Position numbers and translations under genes: made by a program. A DNA stretch of 51,545 nucleotides, the filler included, from Sphacelaria rigidula (taxonomy: Eukaryota): NCBI GenBank assembly GCA_964200075.2. It is 4 parts of 4 records of this genome, joined end to end, with 100 filler letters (N's around TTAATTAATTAA, not from the genome) between each part and the next. Parts side by side here need not be neighbours in the genome. Positions count along the whole stretch, not along the records: positions 1 to 12,815 come from CAXNAA020003396.1; positions 12,916 to 25,727 come from CAXNAA020003397.1; 2 more parts are not named here. One strand, 5' to 3'. The notes beneath the pieces were generated by a model. The model was not told the DNA's origin and ran no database searches. It saw only the letters and a list, made by a program, of their open reading frames with translations. Below are positions 1 to 13,073 of this stretch, piece by piece (position 1 is the stretch's first letter; each line of letters starts with the position of its first letter).

Positions 1-472
1 CTAGCTCACGTAGTGAGTGGCGTGTTTCATAGCGTCATCGCCAACCGACGCCAACCCCATCGGGGGTCCGGGGGGGGGGGGTCCCTTCCTCCACGCTCAT
101 GTATGCCCATACCAATAGTATGCAAGCATGCACAGAAAACCCAGCACGTAATATACAGGGTGCACATGTGCCGGTCAGTATACGAGGACTACAGCACACC
201 AAGTGCATCAATACAGTTTCCCTATCTTGTCTTCTCGCCTTGAGGACGCCTGAAATATCCGAATGCTACGAGCTCGCCAACGTGACAGGGCCCCGCGGAC
301 CGCCCGTTGAATCTCCACTGCCGCGCTCAGGACCACCTGTGGTGAACACAGACAACGGTTGCCCATGGGTGCGAGGGAAGCCGACTGCTGGTGTGAGATG
401 ACAAGGGAAGGGTAGGTGTGATGCTTTCCCTATTCCATTCGACCCTATTCTTTCAACAATAGCCCATCGGAA

Positions 473-527
473 TGTGTGTGTGTGCGTGTGTGCGTGTGTG
501 TGTGTGTGTGTGTGCGTGCGTGTGTGT
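473..527. repeat. (TG)n microsatellite, imperfect
   Basis: Directly visible TG run with a few CG interruptions. Confidence 0.95.
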
Positions 528-1039
528 GCTCGCGCACACGTTCGTGTTGAGCCCATTATCATTAACATTGTTATGCATACCCAATCCGCACTTTTACCTA
601 GTGAGAATGGTGACTTGATCTCCATGACCATGCTCTCGCCGTTTGTTGCGCGGCAAAAACAACTAAAAAAGAAGAACGCGCAGGTGTTGAATAAACTGCT
701 CGCCTTCCGACCGGGTCAGCCAGGGTACGACGGACGGGTGGGCGAACGGCTGCGAACTCAAGATTGGCCGGAAAAACACATTTGCTAGATTACAGATGGC
801 TGTTCGACTTTTTACCATACAACGAACGCTCTCGAGTATGGCTTCTATGGAACGTGTCCGAACGACCGCTTTTTGACAGTTGCTCGCGCGTAGGTCGTCG
901 AATGGACGCGTTCTGTTTCTCTCTTTTTTTTCTTGCAGATGATCCAAAAAATGAAAAATAAAAAATATTTTCCCGATGAAAATGTTCCTCCGAACACACG
1001 GAGAAGTCTACTACAGTAGCGAGATTTCTTGCAATAAAG

Positions 1040-1352
1040 CTCACTTTCTCTTATTCTGCTCTTCTTGTCACACTTTGAACCCCTCCTCTTCCTCGGGACG
1101 AGTCCGTGTTCTCAAGTGATCAACCCGTCTCTCCCCGGTACACGCCTTGCATGTTGACCTCCCGGGTTGGGTCAGCACTACTGTACTTCCGCACAGCGTT
1201 AACTCTCGTCGAAGAAACTAAGCCAACTACTTTTTGTTTACTCACGACCTACTCAAGCTCCCGACGGTGGAGAATCAGAAACTTGAAAAAAAAAACACGC
1301 ATCGGGAATCGAAGTCACGTTCTCTCCACGCTAATGGTGACAGTCGGATCAT
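1040..1352 (-). mobile_element. tRNA-derived SINE-like repeat, copy A
   Basis: Body CCTCTTCCTCGGGACGAGTCC...CCCGTCTCTCCCCGGTACACGCCTTGCAT recurs at ~8560-8720, 11430-11530 and in reverse at ~10780-10980. The GGGAATCGAA near 1305 is a reverse-complement B box. Confidence 0.6.
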
Positions 1353-4300
1353 TTTCATTCAGACCCCCCGGGAAGCGACGATTGCCCCACTCAATATTGC
1401 AAGAAAGGGCGCCCGATAAACATAACGCTGCCGAGGGAACGCCCACCAGACTTCTACTTACTCCGGACGACGACAAAAGGTGTCAGTTTTAGCAGCCTTC
1501 AAAATCGATATAAAGGCGTGCCAGGACATGCTCACGCCTCCCTCATGCGGCATTCCAAGCCGACTTCTAAGCGCTTCTTCAAAAGGTATTGGAGTCTGCG
1601 TCGACTCACGTTGTTCAGTACTGCCCATCTCCTACCCGGCAGTCGGCGTCGCTCAAGGGCACCTCGAATGACCCGTTGCACGTGTGGCGCGGCTAGAGCA
1701 TAGGAGTATTGCACAATTACCGCCATTTCGCCTCGAAACTGCGAGATATCGAGGTCGATTCCCACTAAAAGGCCCCTCAGCATTGGCTCGGCCACCTGTC
1801 GGGGGGGAGGGGGAGGGGGGAAGGGATACAAGTGATCAACGATACCCATGCTTGATTGCTTGGAAACAAAACAAGAACAGAAATGCATACTAGGATAACT
1901 TTCCGGGTATGAATATATTTTTAAGCGAATGCGTACCTATTATTAATCATGTGCGTGCGTAGCTTTAAGGGCGAGAAAACTATTCTTGGTGTAAGTAAAC
2001 ATAAGACCACGAAGCCAAGCCTTCTTCTCCACACATGTGCCCTTCTACAACAGTAAATGTTTCTGCTGTTTCTACATCGTTTACCGTCCTTAATCTACCC
2101 TCTTCCATCTCTCTCCTTCTGGTGGACTCCTTTCCCCATGTCGCGAGCGTTTCCACTCATTTTCCTTTGGTACTTATGCTTTGTGATCGAGGCTGGAAAA
2201 TGTGGCGGAGTCGTACATGTGCGCCAACCGGTTAATCAATCAATTAAAAGAGTTTCGCCACAGTACAGAGCACTGCTTCGCTCAGGGTTTCTTCATTTTC
2301 AGAGAGCAGAAATCAGATGAGGAGACAGTAGCATGTTTTCCCAACATGGTCTGGAACGCGTTCTGCTTCGCCCTGGGTTTCTTCGCTGTCAGAGAGGAAG
2401 AAGCAGCTGAGAAGGCAGCACGTTTTTGTTTTTCATTCCTGGAAGAGTTGTAACGGGAGCGCAATCACGTTGTCCATTTTCGTACTTGTAAGTTGTAACG
2501 TCGTGCGGACACGACTACAGTATAAATAGCGGTGGATTCAACGACGCAGGGAATATTTGATTCGTTAGCGACAACTAACTTCGTTGGCGCGTTGATCCTC
2601 TCCTTCTATTCGAACACCTGCATACACACGCACCGTAATATCATTCTCTGTGTGCCCACCTCTACCCTAATGCGCTGCTCGACACCGTGGTGCATCAGTC
2701 GAGAATTCATCCACTCATCGCCATGGGCGACGAATCGGCGGGCGCCCTGTGCATCCTCGTCGAAGTATGCACCCTCCGTCATGTGCAACACGAAAGACTC
2801 TGCCTGCAAGTAGATTTAATTGCAGTTACAGATGAGGTTATAGTAATAGGCATCATGCAGCACGTGGACATCGATAATATATATATATATATATATTTAC
2901 AAGTCAGCAGGTATACCTGCACATTGGTTGTTGTAGCGTGGACAGTAGGGTAATTTTAGATTCATGTGGTATCTCACATTTTTGCGTGAAATAGCGCAGG
3001 GAGGCGCTTTTCGCATCAATTACCATCAACGACTCCCCACTAGACAATCTACAACCTTGCGCACATAAGGCAGGTCTTGTCGAGCAAGAAAAATGTATAT
3101 AGTATATATATATATAATATTTCGAACTCACGAGCGTGAAGCATACTTTGTAAGAAGGCGTCCACGAGATTTATTGCTGATTTTAGTGTGAAAGTTCCTC
3201 CGCACCCGCGCCGGGAGCTGAGTGTTCGAGCCAATGCCAATGCTAGGGGCCCGGTTGGCGGATTCGTGCTTTACTTTGTGCGGGGGTACAGATGCGTTCG
3301 CGACCGTTCGACCCGGACGCGCGATCGCGGTGGCCCTGCAATGTTTCCGACGGGCATGAATATTTCGAGAGAGGATCTAATCTCACGAGGGCTTGGCAAG
3401 GCAAGAATATCGAGACCCTCGAAAAAGACGGACGGGACCGGGGCGCAGCCTCAGGTCCCGTGCGGCTTGTATATATATATATATATATTCGTGTTTCTTC
3501 GAATCAAAATCAGTTTACACCGAATGTGCTCTGATTGGTGGGTGCGACAGCACCCCCCGTGAAGATCACCGTAAAAACATTTTGGCGCACACCGACTTCA
3601 AACCGCTCCTTGGACTCATCACAAATGGACGTATTTTCGCGGTGCCCGGTGTGTAGGTGTCGTGTTTCCTTGTCGCGTGTTTGTACCACTACAGAAAAGT
3701 TGGATCAGCGACAAATGCGGCAAGTGCCGCATCTCTCAACCTGTGTGGAGATATGGCGTGGATCTGCATGAAAAAAGGGGGTCCCTCTCGATAGAACGTG
3801 ATTGCTGTGGTCGTGAATCTGTGCGCAACCTGCTTCCTCCTCAAACGAATCTCCCTGTCTCGACAACACACACGCTTGTACGACAGATAGAATTCTGCAA
3901 CACTGACTTTGCGGCGATTTACACACATCGCCCGAAACATTCGTGATTTCATCCGTACCAAATGCCGTGACGATCGCCTACGTTATTCCCAACAAATCAA
4001 ACAGAGCCACCTGAAAGGTTCAAAGGTCACTTGTGTCGAGTAAACTCTGCAAGTTAGCGTACGACGTCTAGGTCGCGTTCTAGAGCGACACACTCAACAC
4101 AGGTGAATATTGATGGATTGCTTCCTCCGTTTTGTCGGAAATGTGTAACCTTGCCTTGGGCGCAAGAACTGAGAAAAATTCCGCATGCTACGCCATCGAC
4201 AGTGCCGATACAGAATCATGATCTCGCCGACGTATGTTTCATGGTAACTGTAGTACTCTCCAAAGGTTCGTTGATACAGCGCTTTTGCTTGAACCGTCGT

Positions 4301-5918
4301 ACTAGCCTTGATTTTGCCGGCCTTAACGGGATAATGAATTATGGTTGCTACTCAACGCAGGAGGCACCACCGCGATCGTTTCGCAAGCTCCATCCGTATG
4401 CATACTCCACCTATACCACACTTCGCTATCTTACTCTCACTTTCGCGAGCCTGACCAAAATCATGCGCTTTACTACATATACATCAGCCACTTTCAAGGA
4501 CAAGGAGAGATCGACCGCAACCATTTCTGCTTGCATTTTTCTGCTCAAACCATCTGTGACAACGCTCTGACGGGGAAGGCACACGCGCGTCCCTCACTCT
4601 GCCCACCAGAAAATGCCCTACTCACTCTATCGGCCTCCACCGCCCCGTCTCCCACGGCGTGAAGGACGAACGTTTGACCCTCCGAGCTCGCCAAGAAGTC
4701 GTCGAAAAACAGTCGCTCCGTTTCGACGCATACAACGTCCCTTACGGCCTCGACGGCTTCGACGAGCACATCCGCGTCAGGTGGTGGACTCTGTATTCAT
4801 TGTGGTGCGCGGGGCGAACGTGACGCAGTACAGTAGGCGTCCACATTGTTTGTACATGGTTTCTGCTTTTCTCGCTGTGGCACTGTCGCTGTTGCTGTTG
4901 TTGTTGGTGAAATGCTGCTGCCTTGAAAGCTGTCCGAATTGTTCGTGTTTTTCCCTCGTCAAAAACGTTAATTTACGACTCTGCACCCCCTGTCTGAAAC
5001 GGGGTTGTTTGTTTTCCTAAAAGACTATACTAAAACCATGACTGAAACGGTATTTTCGAGTCTCAACTCCATATAGAAATACGTTGTTACCCGAGCACAC
5101 AACGTCTCGTTTATACCTCCTTTGCGACCAGCCAAACCGGCTCCAGAAGTGCGGGTTCGACAAACCCTGGCAACACTTCCCGCGTCCACGTTGCCCCAAA
5201 CTCTGCGCACGCATGAGGATCGATGGAGTAATTTATGCCCCGGGTATGCTTGCGACTCGGCAGCAACGAATCCAGAGCGAGATACAGTTCCGCAACACCA
5301 GCAGCACCATCAGGAGGAGGAGCATCAGATTCGGGGTTTAGTAGTCGTTGGAAGCCATCGCTTTCCGCCGACGTCCGTTCTGCCTTTGCTATTGCCGACG
5401 CCACCTCTTGCTCCGCCACATCCCCTGGGCCAGGATCCCCGGTCGTTACGCTCCCTGCGTCGGTGCCTACTGTCGGACTACGGCGCTCATCCTGTATGTC
5501 GTCCTCGAACATTGTCTCCAGCGCTGGTGGGGGTAGGTTCGCTGTGTCCTGTGTTGTTGCCTTACCGTGTAGCTGCCTCGAGGAAGACGGCACTAGTGCT
5601 AAATTCTCTTCCCCGGTCGTTGACCTTGTGTAGAGGCCGCGGCCTCCAACATCACCACCGCTGTTGCCGCCGCCGGCGCTGCCACTTCGACTCCGAGATG
5701 GGAGCGGTGATACGTGGTGAGACGAATTCGCTGTTTTGCTAGCTAAAACTTGGTTTTCCATGTGATTTCTCCAGGCCCGCCGACCCAGCGCACTCGCCAG
5801 GATCGCGCTGAGTCGGCTGTGTTCGACGGGAAGGCGGAAGGACAGCCGGGGAAAAGACGCCCACGAATAAAGAGTGCGTGGAAATGTGAGGTGTGAGAAT
5901 GACACATACGCCGTCCGT

Positions 5919-5958
5919 CTGCCCACTTCTGCCCACTTCTGCCCACTTCTGCCCACTT
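5919..5958. repeat. 4 x 10-bp perfect tandem repeat CTGCCCACTT, about 160 bp upstream of the ATG at 5761
   Basis: Directly visible. Confidence 0.95.
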
Positions 5959-6525
5959 CACGTCAAAAACGTGATGAGAAGGCTATTGCAGCTTTTTTTT
6001 GTGTCGCCATGAGTGTCCTAGCCTGTTCAACACATGATCGAACCGGCCCTTGATATAAACAATGTGGCCTCAAAGTATCAAGGACTCTGCAAAGTAGAGC
6101 TCACGACTCCGGCATACGCGCATCGCTCCATCTTTGCCCATGACTAGGTAGCTTACGAAAAATGCAGTCGAAGTGCAAGGGTCGATTTCGAAAAGCAGAT
6201 GCGAGTCAAAGTTCGGTGCCTCGCCCCCGTAGAGTTCGTGGGTGAGAGATCACACCCAGAAAAGTGTGTCCGAAATGAATGAGTCGAAATCTGTTCCGAT
6301 GGCTTTTTTGTCTTCTTGCTTGGGTATGAGCGAATGTGCTTTTGTGCGAGACATTTTCCCTGTAATGCCATGTTGCAGAGGTCGACCATTCTTTTGTTTC
6401 AGTTTGTTTGTCCGTGCTTCCATTTTTTTTCTTTCTTTTTTTCAAGCAGGCTACTTCTATCTTTCTGTTTTTTTTCACTATTCTTCGGCAAGTGTTCCCA
6501 TTTTGTTCATCCTGGATACATCTAT

Positions 6526-6771
6526 GATCAATGCTACGGTAGGGGTGCACGTTGTTCGCTAAGTTTTGTCTGATTCAGGAGTTCCTAGCGATTCTAGAAG
6601 CAGTCAGGGCATCCCCGTTTGCAGATTAATTTGGGATATTCCCAGCACATTGGAACAGTAATCATGGCGTACTCTCGCATATTTTCACAAGTCGTGTTTT
6701 GGATGAGACAAAGGGCTCCGAACAATTCTAACCTCAGAAAATATTTGTGTACCCCTACCGTAGCATCACTC
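6526..6771 (+). mobile_element. MITE with GAG-type termini and 4-bp TSD (Sola2-like), copy 1
   Basis: TIRs GATCAATGCTACGGTAGGGGTGCAC / GTGTACCCCTACCGTAGCATCACTC, flanked by CTAT (6522-6525) and CTAT (6772-6775). Interior matches the copies at 16276 and 18527. Confidence 0.8.
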
Positions 6772-6883
6772 CTATCGTGTTCCTAGGACTGGGTCCCTGG
6801 GGGGTCAGTTAATGTACAACAATCAATCAGGTCAAATCAACCAGTCGATCAAGTCAGAAGATGGGGAGTACACAGGTCCTTCC

Positions 6884-8249
6884 TCAAGTAGCTACGACAT
6901 GTGGTGCGGGTGCATCTTCATCTCGCCTGGCCCATGGATCGAACCCCTTTGCGGTGCTCCACTCGTGCAGAGCAAGGCGGACTGATTCGACGCGACGCGC
7001 GCGCGATTGCAATTTCTCCGTGGCCACTTGGAGCTCCCACCGTATGTACTCGCGGGCCGGTCCGGCGTGTTCCAGGTTGGCGAGAATGATTTTTCTCTGT
7101 GTATTAGAGACGGACAGACAGAGAGGCAGACAGACAGAGAGACATATAGAAAGACGTTCAGAAGTTCAGAAGCTCAAACAGACAGAGACAGACAGGTGTA
7201 GAGAGGCAAAGGCAGAGGGCAGAGGGCAGAGGGCAGAGGGCAGAAGCAGAGGCAGAGACAGAGACAGGCAGACGAAGTGCGCAGGAAACGCCGAAGCAGC
7301 TATTATTGTCTTGATTCATGCATATGACACTACGTCTAATGACGTCCAGCTGTGAGGCATGACGCTAACTCTGAAGCTACCCAGTTGTAGGTAAATTCAT
7401 GAAACTGAATTCAAAGGAATAATGGAAGAAATAAAGCTTCTTGAAAGCTCAGATCTCGACGAATACTGCCAGTATCCACAGGAAGCACCAATCAGGCCCA
7501 TTATTATCGACACTGTTGCTTAGGATATCTCCGAGATTCTCGGGACTGGTGAGGTACGTGATGATTCTCGAGTGCTTGCGTGCGAGCGCCACGGCGTATT
7601 CACAGGGCAGCTCTCCACAGTGCTGCGTTGCAGTCCGAATTTTTCGGACTTCTCCAAAAGTGAAGCTTTGGAAAAAAATGAAGCCGCTTCATTCTCGGAT
7701 AATACGTAGCCCAGAGTCCGAAACTCTGAAACAGTTTGACATCTCTGAGTTAAACAGTGTTGAAAATAATGGGCTTCAGAATCCACAAGGGTGACTGAAC
7801 TTCGCCGGCAAAACACGAATAGTATTCTGAAAGTGAGGACTCGAAAGGGCGATACTCACACGTCTTTTCATGGCTGACGCATGAGTGATAATGTCGAGGT
7901 ACCCCTCGCGTATAGTTGGCGGGGTACCACCATTACGCAGTTTCTTCGGCGGTGACTTAAGTCGAAGTCTGAACTCTCGGCCACAAGCCGCCCTATACGC
8001 GTCTTCATCTTGTCGGCACAGCGTCGCTGCTGCCTCCGCTGAATCCAAAGAAACGTACTCGACAGTCAGGGATACTGCTGACCCCGTCTCGTCTGCTGAA
8101 TGCTGCCGCTGCTCGAGATCTCCGGGCGGGCGCATGCTGTGACATGTTGTGATGTCCATTTTTACTTCCTGGGACGCACAGAGAGTGACAAGATCGGTCA
8201 GGTGGGCGATGCGCAATAAGACTACCTGAAGTAGTGCGGTATTTCCCCC
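6884..8249 (-). CDS. Last two exons of an ankyrin-repeat-like protein gene (degenerate repeats)
   Basis: Exon 8249-7860 (CACAG| ... CGT|GTGAGT, 130 codons) contains GNTALLQ..IAHLTDLVTLCASQEVKMDI and NGGTP..IREGYLDII, which resemble ankyrin repeats. It splices in phase 0 to exon 7096-6884 (CACAG|RKIILANLEH...VVAT, TGA). Upstream exons may lie at ~8850-9200 and ~10320-10680 but are disrupted. Confidence 0.5.
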
Positions 8250-9759
8250 CTGTGCACACCCTTTCTTATCTCAGTACTTTCGAAAGTATGCCATGCTCCC
8301 AGACACGTAACTCACGCGAGTGAGATACTACTACACGAGGCTACATTGGAATATCGCAAAATGTAAACAGGACTGCGCCCACCAATGCAGCCAGTACAGT
8401 TCCATTTGGCTCCAAAGCAAGCGGTGAGCCGAACCCGATACTCGATCATTTTCACACCGTTCCAGAACCGACGTCCTCCACGTACATGCCTTTTTCACTG
8501 AAGAAGAAAACGGAAATGGGCGCGTGACAAAAATGTTCCTGCTTGCTTCTTTCTACCGTCACACTTTGAAACCCTCTTCCCCTTCCACAGGATGGTCACG
8601 TGAACCTCTCCTCTTCCACGGGATGGTCATTTGAACCTCTCTCCCTCCCACGGGACGAACCCTGGTCTCACGGGGTCAGCCCGTCTCTCCCCCGGTACAC
8701 GCTTTGCATTTTGGTACAACATTGCGAATCGGAGCAGCACACGTGAGCTTCCTTTGGTACTCACGCACGTTCTCACGTTTCCAACTACGAAACTGATATA
8801 TAATTTTTCAGAAATATACCCAAATACATCTGCCGGAGGTCGAGCGCGCACTTTATCTGCCCTGGTTGGTGTCAGTTGTATCAGTTGGACAACCGGGTCG
8901 CGGCGGCTGCGAATAGGTTTGCCAGGTTGTGGGATTCTCAGACCCGCCATGCGTGGAGAAAGCGAGGTATGACACACATGGTTGGCCAGTTCGGTACTGC
9001 TTGTCGATGCACACCGTTGCGTCGGCATAGACGAGGCGGGAATCAGTGGTGGGGGCGATGCAACAGTTTCCTTCAAGCGTACGATAACCATCAGCAACAC
9101 CGAGGAGCCACAATACGCACGTTGTACAGTTACAACGAGCGCAACGAGCAAGTCTCTGTAACAGTCACCACGCCTAGTGCCTCGTGCTTCAAGTCCGTGC
9201 CTATGTATGTCGCGGTAAAATGGACCAAACAAACACAGACGCAGCTTGATAAAAAACACGTGAGTGTATTTTTCAGACCCAACACTGCCCGTGTTATTGA
9301 TAACGCTTCTTATTTCCAGTCCTTATTTTCACGTACACGTGGAACTAAACCGCATTATCCAGGTTTTTGTTCCTTCTGCTTTTGCAAAATTCGCATAACT
9401 TATGCGTTCTTGTATTATTTCTTTCACACTAAAATCAAGCCTCCTCGGCGGGGTTTCCGCTTCAAAATGGCCCCCTTTTGAACAAGACGCATGATGTCTT
9501 TGAGAACAAAACGCGTGAGAAACAAAAGTCTAGCATTACCAGCAAAAAACATGTATGCACCGTATGGGATGCATGTCGCCTAGTACTCGATGTCAAACTT
9601 GAGACCGTTTTCAATAAGTGAGGATTGAAATACAAAGAATCACATCGCTCCTGGCATCGATCCACTGAAAATAACCCATGCGTATTATTCCACTCCGCAA
9701 GGAGAGGGGTTATTCCACCAATCCACACTGAAGGAGTAAAGGATTCGGGCTCGTTTCAT

Positions 9760-10265
9760 GAGAGACAAGGTGCCTAGCCTTCATGATTGAAAATAATAAT
9801 TCTTTTTTGAATTGACAAAAAAGCAAAATCCAATTTGATGTTTCTTTTAAAAATACTAGATGAATATAAAACTGTTTATATATAAATAATTCATGAAAAT
9901 AGACAATATTCAAAAGATTCAACGTTTCGACTAGAATATTTGCACTTTCTAGGATCTAGTATTCCAACTAGTTCGTCTGACCTAATTTTAGTTAAATATT
10001 CTAATTCTTGTTTAGTACTGAATCGATCATTAACTAATGGAACCTGTTGAAAAAAAATCCATCCTGAATTACGTATACAAATTCTGGTTTTACGAAGTGT
10101 TTCAATAATTTCTTCCCAACAACCTCTCCAAAAAATTAGGAACATGAAGATTTTTTTCTGATGATTTTCACGTATCGAACGAATCAGCGAATACTCCTGA
10201 CGTCTCAATTATTTGAAAATATGCAAAAAAACGGAATTGTCGAATCTTCAACCTGTAAGTTGAAA
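9760..10265 (-). other. AT-rich island with broken minus-strand ORFs; possible organelle-derived insertion (NUMT/NUPT)
   Basis: Abrupt shift to a strongly AT-rich composition inside roughly balanced DNA. ORFs 9891-10208 and 9710-9922 are I/K/F/N-rich. No gene recognised. Confidence 0.4.
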
Positions 10266-11394
10266 TTGCCTTCAGGGGTGATGGAGTAAGAGGCGGAGGA
10301 GACCTAGCCCCGACCCTGATGACGACCTGCCTGCTTCACGTCAGAGTCGTCCTTGTACAACATCTACAGCGACACGTCAGGGGTCGCATGGCCAATATGA
10401 TGCGGGGCATACGGGTGTGGGTAGGTTCGGGTACGTGGCGATACGATATATCCAGTCCATCAGTCGGCAGTGGACTGACTGGCCGTTGAACCCACTGATT
10501 GTCATACACGTGAGAACAGTAGTACCATGTAGTGGGCCATATACATGTGGAGTCGTGGAGTCGGGGATATTCCCAAACAACTGACGACATTGTACGGACG
10601 GCTCTTGTTCCGGGACCCACGAGGGGCGGTATACACCGGAAGCACAGCTAGCTAGAACAGCTAGACTACCGTGCGTCAACCGGGTTTTGGGCAAAACCGT
10701 CTCTACTTGATTCCATTTGATGAACCGAGTCACACCTACGACGTATCAAGAGCATCAGAAACGAATATGAATACGGTGATACATTTCATGTGCTCATCCT
10801 CGGTTGTTTTGCTGAGTTCGTCAGCCGAGAGTCGACGCGGTACGGCAGTGTTGATGGTCATGATCCAATCAGCGATATTGCACCAACATGTAAGGCATAT
10901 ACGGGGGAAGAGACGGGTTGATCCCTCGAGACCACGGACTCGTCCCGAGGGAAAGGGGGGTTGGAAAAGAGAACAAAAAAAACTCACAACTGGAAGTGTT
11001 TTTTACTCGGGCAGGCGTTCCCAGTTCGTACGAAGTCTACAACTGGCGTGCAGGTGTCGATGGTGACTCGGTTGGACACAAGGCAAAGTAAAACGCCGTG
11101 CCCTACCACGGCAACAGCTACAGACCCACCACCGAGACATGCAATGGCCCGATTGAGACCTCCAGCATATCGGTGCATGTTTCTGTTTTGTGTGCAACGT
11201 ACTACGGGAACAACGGGAAAAGACGGTTTTTCGTGTTCGTACACGCGAAAACACACTATTGAACGATCGCGCATATTCATCGGAACGACTTCAAGAGTCC
11301 CGTGAATGGCTGCTACTCACTCAGTGCTGGTCGCATCCCGTCAAACAAAGCACATCGTGACCAGCTTATCTTTCGAAAAGCACTGTCTTCTCGG

Positions 11395-11728
11395 AGTTTT
11401 TATTTTTTTACTTTTGTCACACTCTAAAATACCACCCCTTCCTTCCTCAGGACGAGTCCTTGGTGTCAAGTGATGAACCCATCTCTCCCTGGTACACGCC
11501 TTGCATCTCAGTGTCGCGGGTTGGGTCATGACTATCAGCACTCCCGCACCGCTTCAACTCGCTTCACACAAACTCAGTCAACAGCTTTCTGCGTACCCAT
11601 GTCTTCATGCTTTCGACGGCGGAAAAATGAGATATTTTGAAGAAAAACTCGACACATCTGCTGGGAATCGAACCCATGTTCTCTTCATCCCAATGGTGAC
11701 GGTCGGACCACAACACACTACCGGGGCG
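11395..11728 (-). mobile_element. tRNA-derived SINE-like repeat, near full-length copy B
   Basis: Minus-strand head CGCCCCGGTAGTGTGTTGTGG (A-box-like) ... GGGTTCGATTCCC (B box), followed by the shared body seen at 1070-1180. Confidence 0.65.
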
Positions 11729-12815
11729 CGACGGCATACCCCTGTGTACAGTGGACTGGCCGTTTTCCCCCGGGTCGATGCCAAACCAATCACATTGGCA
11801 GAGATCGTACCGACCAAGCCCGAAGCGACTCGGGCACGACCCCACCAGTCGGTCAGTGCAGACACAGCACAGTGCAGTACAATGGTACCGTAGTTTCAGA
11901 CGGTAGCCGAATGGTAGCCACGGGCCTAGTTAAATGTCTCGAGTACAGCACCGCGCGGTGTCGCCCAGCTAATCAGTATGCCATTTCTCGCAATTTTCGT
12001 CGAAGAAGCGGCGAGCAGAACTGACCCTAAGGGCACTTCTTTTCGTTCGAGAAGACTCTCTGGAAACAAATCTGGCCTTGGATCACTTCCGACAACGTTT
12101 CCCGACGAAAATATTTTTGAAACCATGTTTTGTAACTCTGGATTGCGTTCGGCGAACTTATACGAAAGAGTGGCCGCTCTACTTTCTGCTATCTACTGCA
12201 GTACTGTAGTACCGGACATTCCTGTATTTTGGCATGCACTGTACAGTGCTCTGTACGGTTGTATGCTACGTACTGTACAGTATACCACAGTTGCGTGCTG
12301 CTATATGTCGCTGCTGTCTGTGCTGCTTGTAGTGTTTCATAGCTCTGCTGTTTTACCGTGTGTACATTACGTGTGCTGTCAGGACAACGTTATTGCTTCA
12401 TCAATTGATTAATTGAAGTACATTGACCGTCCCGGGATTCAGCCGTGGCCATACGATAGACATACCCGACGCCAATAAACGGTAATATTTGATGGAGGAA
12501 ACTCGATTAAGGGCAAGATAGAGGAAAGAAGAAATATGGAACGAACGGTTTTATACAGCTGTACTCCATGCGTATACTATGTGCACAGCTTTAGCAGCGT
12601 GCTTGAATCGGGGTACAGTTAATCAACCCGTTTCGAGCAAAACGTTTCACACCGTGAATATTACAGTGTGTTGTGTGTTGGCATCCCACTATTCTGCACG
12701 TTAGTCTACATCTTTCGATATACACAACATGTAATATATATATATATATACTTTCTCTGTCCCATAAGTAAAGTCCGTGATGGGCTTTTAATCGTTTGTG
12801 CATTCAAACTCTTCC

Positions 12816-12915
12816 NNNNNNNNNNNNNNNNNNNNNNNNNNNNNNNNNNNNNNNNNNNNTTAATTAATTAANNNNNNNNNNNNNNNNNNNNNNNNNNNNN
12901 NNNNNNNNNNNNNNN
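12816..12915. other. Artificial contig linker N44-TTAATTAATTAA-N44
   Basis: 100-bp spacer with stops in all six frames, identical at all three junctions. Confidence 0.99.
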
Positions 12916-13073
12916 TAGGCTTGAACCTCATCTCAGAGTTAAACCTCAATTCGCACAATTTGTTGTTAAACGGGGACGCCCTGTCATATTCTTGTGTATC
13001 TAGAATCGCTAGGAGCTCCTGGACTAGACAAGATATTGCTAAAAAAAGTGCACCCCCTACCGCAGCATTGCTC
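12916..13073 (-). mobile_element. Partial copy of the Sola2-like MITE family (cut by contig start)
   Basis: Ends GTGCACCCCCTACCGCAGCATTGCTC, the reverse complement of the family TIR. Interior AAACGGGGACGCCCTG..CATATTCTTGTG matches the copy at 16276. Confidence 0.75.

Larger units (their letters stand above)
208..5761 (-). pseudogene. Multi-exon IQ (calmodulin-binding) motif protein with RGS-like and DH/RhoGEF-like helical segments; probably decayed
   Basis: Exons read with AG/GT borders. 5761-5117 starts at ATG (MENQVLASK...) and ends GAG|GTATAA. 4790-4626 is phase 0 (...EAVRDVVCVETERLFFDDFLASSEGQTF, like an RGS last helix). Further candidates: ~3977-3830 (FRAMCVNRRKVSVAEFYLSYK); 2803-~2660 (AESFVLHMTEGAYF); 1795-1610 (IQ motif AAPHVQRVIRGALERRR, ends |GTGAGT); ~912-600 (RSIEAILESVRCMVKS..LANVFFRPIL, like DH CR1, in-frame stop at 663); terminal exon 336-208 (IQ motif AAVEIQRAVRGALSRWRAR, TGA). 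Several in-frame stops and phase mismatches. Confidence 0.55.

Noticed and set aside
3700..3760. SPHRLRDAALA as a tyrosine recombinase HxLRH motif
   Set aside because: Isolated, lacks the second His and other catalytic motifs, and lies within the spliced IQ gene region
6535..6762. Reading the MITE as a mariner element with TA TSD and palindromic target
   Set aside because: Sequence outside the TA is shared among copies and true 4-bp TSDs lie further out
7450..7640. Extra ankyrin-like exon (YAVALARKHSRIITYL)
   Set aside because: No convincing splice borders; flanking exons already join in phase and the segment sits between short inverted TCTGAAGC ends
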